Origin: an uncultured Bacteroidota bacterium
Lineage (GTDB): Bacteria; Bacteroidota; Ignavibacteria; UBA10030; UBA6906
Reading direction: 5' to 3'
Assembly: GCA_963700635.1 (NCBI GenBank)
Contig: CAVOYH010000003.1
Span: 1,728,001-1,792,000, forward strand
Length of the DNA: 64,000 nt
Shown here: positions 62,082 to 64,000 of the stretch, piece by piece
How positions within the stretch are numbered: position 1 is the stretch's first letter
Layout of the letters: each line of letters begins with the position of its first letter
Made by a program: the position numbers and the translations under genes
Notes under the pieces: generated by a model
The model's input: only the letters and a program-made list of their open reading frames with translations
Told to the model about the DNA's origin: nothing
Databases searched by the model: none

Positions 62082-63251
62082 TTACTGCTTGCGAAGGTCT
62101 TTCAATTCAGGAAGTGTAATCCACTTTTTCGCATGCCAGGATTCAATTCCCTTTTCGGCCAGCTGGACTCCCCTGGCGCCTGCCAGCAGGTCCCAGGGGA
62201 ACGGTTCGTCCGCCACGACGTGACGGAGGTAGAGTTCCCACTGCGCCTTGAATGCATTCTCGTATTCCTGCTGGCCTGGAACGAGCATCCACTGGTCGTG
62301 GTAGACCATGGGGCTGTCAATGTCCGGGTTCCATGTCGGCCGGGGGGTTGCGTGTGCTGGCTGCACCCAGCATTCGCGCAATCCGGCTACGGCAGAACCC
62401 AGTGTACCGTCCACCTGAATGGTGAGAAGGTCGTCGCGGCGGACGCGCGTGGTCCATGAGGAGTTGAATTGCGCGACAATCCCACCCTCCAGCTCAAATG
62501 TCGCATACGCGGCATCATCGGCCGTGCATGCGTATTCCGCTCCGGATTCGTCCCAGCGGGTTGGGATATGGGTCGCTCCCAGACATGACACAGCGCGCAC
62601 ACGGCCGAAGATGTTGTCGAGCACATAGCGCCAGTGGCAGAGCATGTCGAAAATAATTCCTCCCCCATCCTCCGACCGGTAGTTCCAGGAGGGCCGCTGG
62701 GCCGGGATGGGTTTTCCTTCGAAAACCCAGTAGCCGAACTCGCCCCGGATGGAGAGGATACGTCCGAAATAGCCGCTCTCGTTGAGCAGACGGAGTTTCA
62801 GAAGGCCCGGGAGCCAGAGTTTGTCCTGGACGACGCCGTGTTTGATCCCTTTGCCTTCTGCGAGCATATACAGCTCATACGCTTCATCGGTGGTCAGTGC
62901 CGACGGTTTCTCGCAGTAGATGTGCTTGCCCGCTTTGATGGCTTCCCGGATGCTTTGCACGCGGAGGTTGGTGATCTGGGCATCGAAATAGATGCGGTTG
63001 TACGAATCAGAGAGTGCTTTCGGAAGGTCGGTGGTCCACCGCGTGATGCCGGCGGACGTGGCGAGCTGTTCCAGACGCCCCGCATTCCGGCCCACAAGAA
63101 TGGGATCGGGCAGAATAACCTCCCGGTCGTTCAGTCGAATTCCCCCCTGGCGGATGATGGCGATAATCGACCGCATGAGGTGCTGATTGGTGCCCATGCG
63201 GCCGGTGACGCCATTCATGATAATGCCGACATGATGTGTTGTTGTAGCCAT
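62082..63251 (-). CDS. Gfo/Idh/MocA family oxidoreductase
   Basis: NGVTGRMG, HIYCEKP, GGGIIFDMLCHW. Confidence 0.92.
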   Translation of the reverse strand: MATTTHHVGIIMNGVTGRMGTNQHLMRSIIAIIRQGGIRLNDREVILPDPILVGRNAGRLEQLATSAGITRWTTDLPKALSDSYNRIYFDAQITNLRVQSIREAIKAGKHIYCEKPSALTTDEAYELYMLAEGKGIKHGVVQDKLWLPGLLKLRLLNESGYFGRILSIRGEFGYWVFEGKPIPAQRPSWNYRSEDGGGIIFDMLCHWRYVLDNIFGRVRAVSCLGATHIPTRWDESGAEYACTADDAAYATFELEGGIVAQFNSSWTTRVRRDDLLTIQVDGTLGSAVAGLRECWVQPAHATPRPTWNPDIDSPMVYHDQWMLVPGQQEYENAFKAQWELYLRHVVADEPFPWDLLAGARGVQLAEKGIESWHAKKWITLPELKDLRKQ

Positions 63252-63277
63252 GCGATACCTTTCCGGGTGGTGGTGCT

Positions 63278-63727
63278 TCAGTTCTCGGGCGTATCGGTGC
63301 ACTGGGGGGACGCCCCCCGGGGTAGTGGTGGAGCCTCAGATCCGGCACGCGGGAGAGTTCCGTCCAGCTCCTGGCGCCAATGAGCGACGTCGCCCGCCGG
63401 CCCGTAGCAATACACCATGCGCAGGGGAGTGTCACCCATGTTGGTAATTTGATGAAATACTCTGGACGGAATAAAGACGGCCTGGCCCGTTCTCACGGTC
63501 TGCCGTTCCTCGCCCAGGCACATTTCCGCTGTCCCTTCTATGATGTAGTAGACCTCTTCCTGATCCTGGTTGTGCCACGGCACCTGACCGCCGTGTGGGT
63601 CGAGCGTGACATGTCCCATGGCGAAGTTGCGTGCCTGGATCGGGGACACGCCGCCGACGAGATTCTGCGTTCTGCGTCGGGCGGGGTACCGTCGTCCGTC
63701 GATCGTTGCCAGGTCCGCTATGATCAT
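63278..63727 (-). CDS. Cupin domain protein
   Basis: PWHNQDQEEVYYIIEG and IPSRVFHQITN cupin motifs; GAGGAG SD. Confidence 0.88.
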   Translation of the reverse strand: MIIADLATIDGRRYPARRRTQNLVGGVSPIQARNFAMGHVTLDPHGGQVPWHNQDQEEVYYIIEGTAEMCLGEERQTVRTGQAVFIPSRVFHQITNMGDTPLRMVYCYGPAGDVAHWRQELDGTLPRAGSEAPPLPRGASPQCTDTPEN

Positions 63728-63793
63728 TACCGTCTTCTCCTCGAGTCAGAAACCCAATATAAGAAAATGCCCGCGGTCATGCTGGAGATTTTT

Positions 63794-64000
63794 CTACTGC
63801 TGTGCTTCTGCAACAGGTGTCAGTCGTTGCCGCAAAAGCTCCATCATGAAGACTACAACCTCCTGGATGTCGGCGACTGGCAGACGGGTGAAAGGGGCTG
63901 CGGGCATGTAGGGGTGTGGTCCGAACTCGGGGCACACTGCGGTGAACGGTGCACCGCTGTGCGCTCGCGTGCGGACGATTTCCTCCCACCACCCGAAGTG
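63794..64000 (-). CDS. C-terminus of a xylose-isomerase-like TIM-barrel (sugar phosphate isomerase/epimerase) protein (5' partial)
   Basis: Frame not in the ORF track: HFGWWEEIV...CPEFGPHPYMP..PFTRLPVAD...RQRL...stop. Confidence 0.7.
   Translation of the reverse strand, partial: HFGWWEEIVRTRAHSGAPFTAVCPEFGPHPYMPAAPFTRLPVADIQEVVVFMMELLRQRLTPVAEAQQ

Overview
GC-rich chromosomal segment from a Bacteroidota/Chlorobiota-Ignavibacteria-type bacterium. This assignment is inferred from a T9SS C-terminal sorting domain and DUF4783/DUF4199-like genes, alongside E. coli-like TTG-17-TAnnnT promoters and Shine-Dalgarno use. Bases 1-16.5 kb are mostly housekeeping: uvrC, tRNA-Val(CAC), pyrR-pyrB-pyrC, a large NtrY-like kinase, pgeF, glmS, a FabL-like SDR and an acyl-CoA dehydrogenase. 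Bases 16.6-64 kb are a carbohydrate/peptide scavenging region: a hexuronate operon with a nickel-pincer LarA-family epimerase, a GH172/fucose-isomerase-like ABC locus, a lyxose isomerase-UroD pair, an SSS transporter with a chimeric C45 hydrolase, M1 and S9 peptidases, a short divergent Rho, a second sugar ABC system, GH47, an unclassified six-hairpin glycosidase, GH51, a PhyH dioxygenase and an AGE epimerase. No integrase, transposase, CRISPR array or prophage was seen. Several genes (glmS, uxaE, GH172, one SBP, the fucI-like gene) carry single-base indels that look like long-read errors. Most notable: (i) a tRNA fused directly to a complete PyrR attenuator that also contains an SD-led leader ORF coupled to pyrR; (ii) a UxuA-less hexuronate route apparently via a LarA-family epimerase and gnd; (iii) a Rho with a degenerate primary RNA-binding site behind a sugar ABC operon; (iv) several uncharacterised glycan enzymes. 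Family assignments are from motif recognition only; no searches were run.
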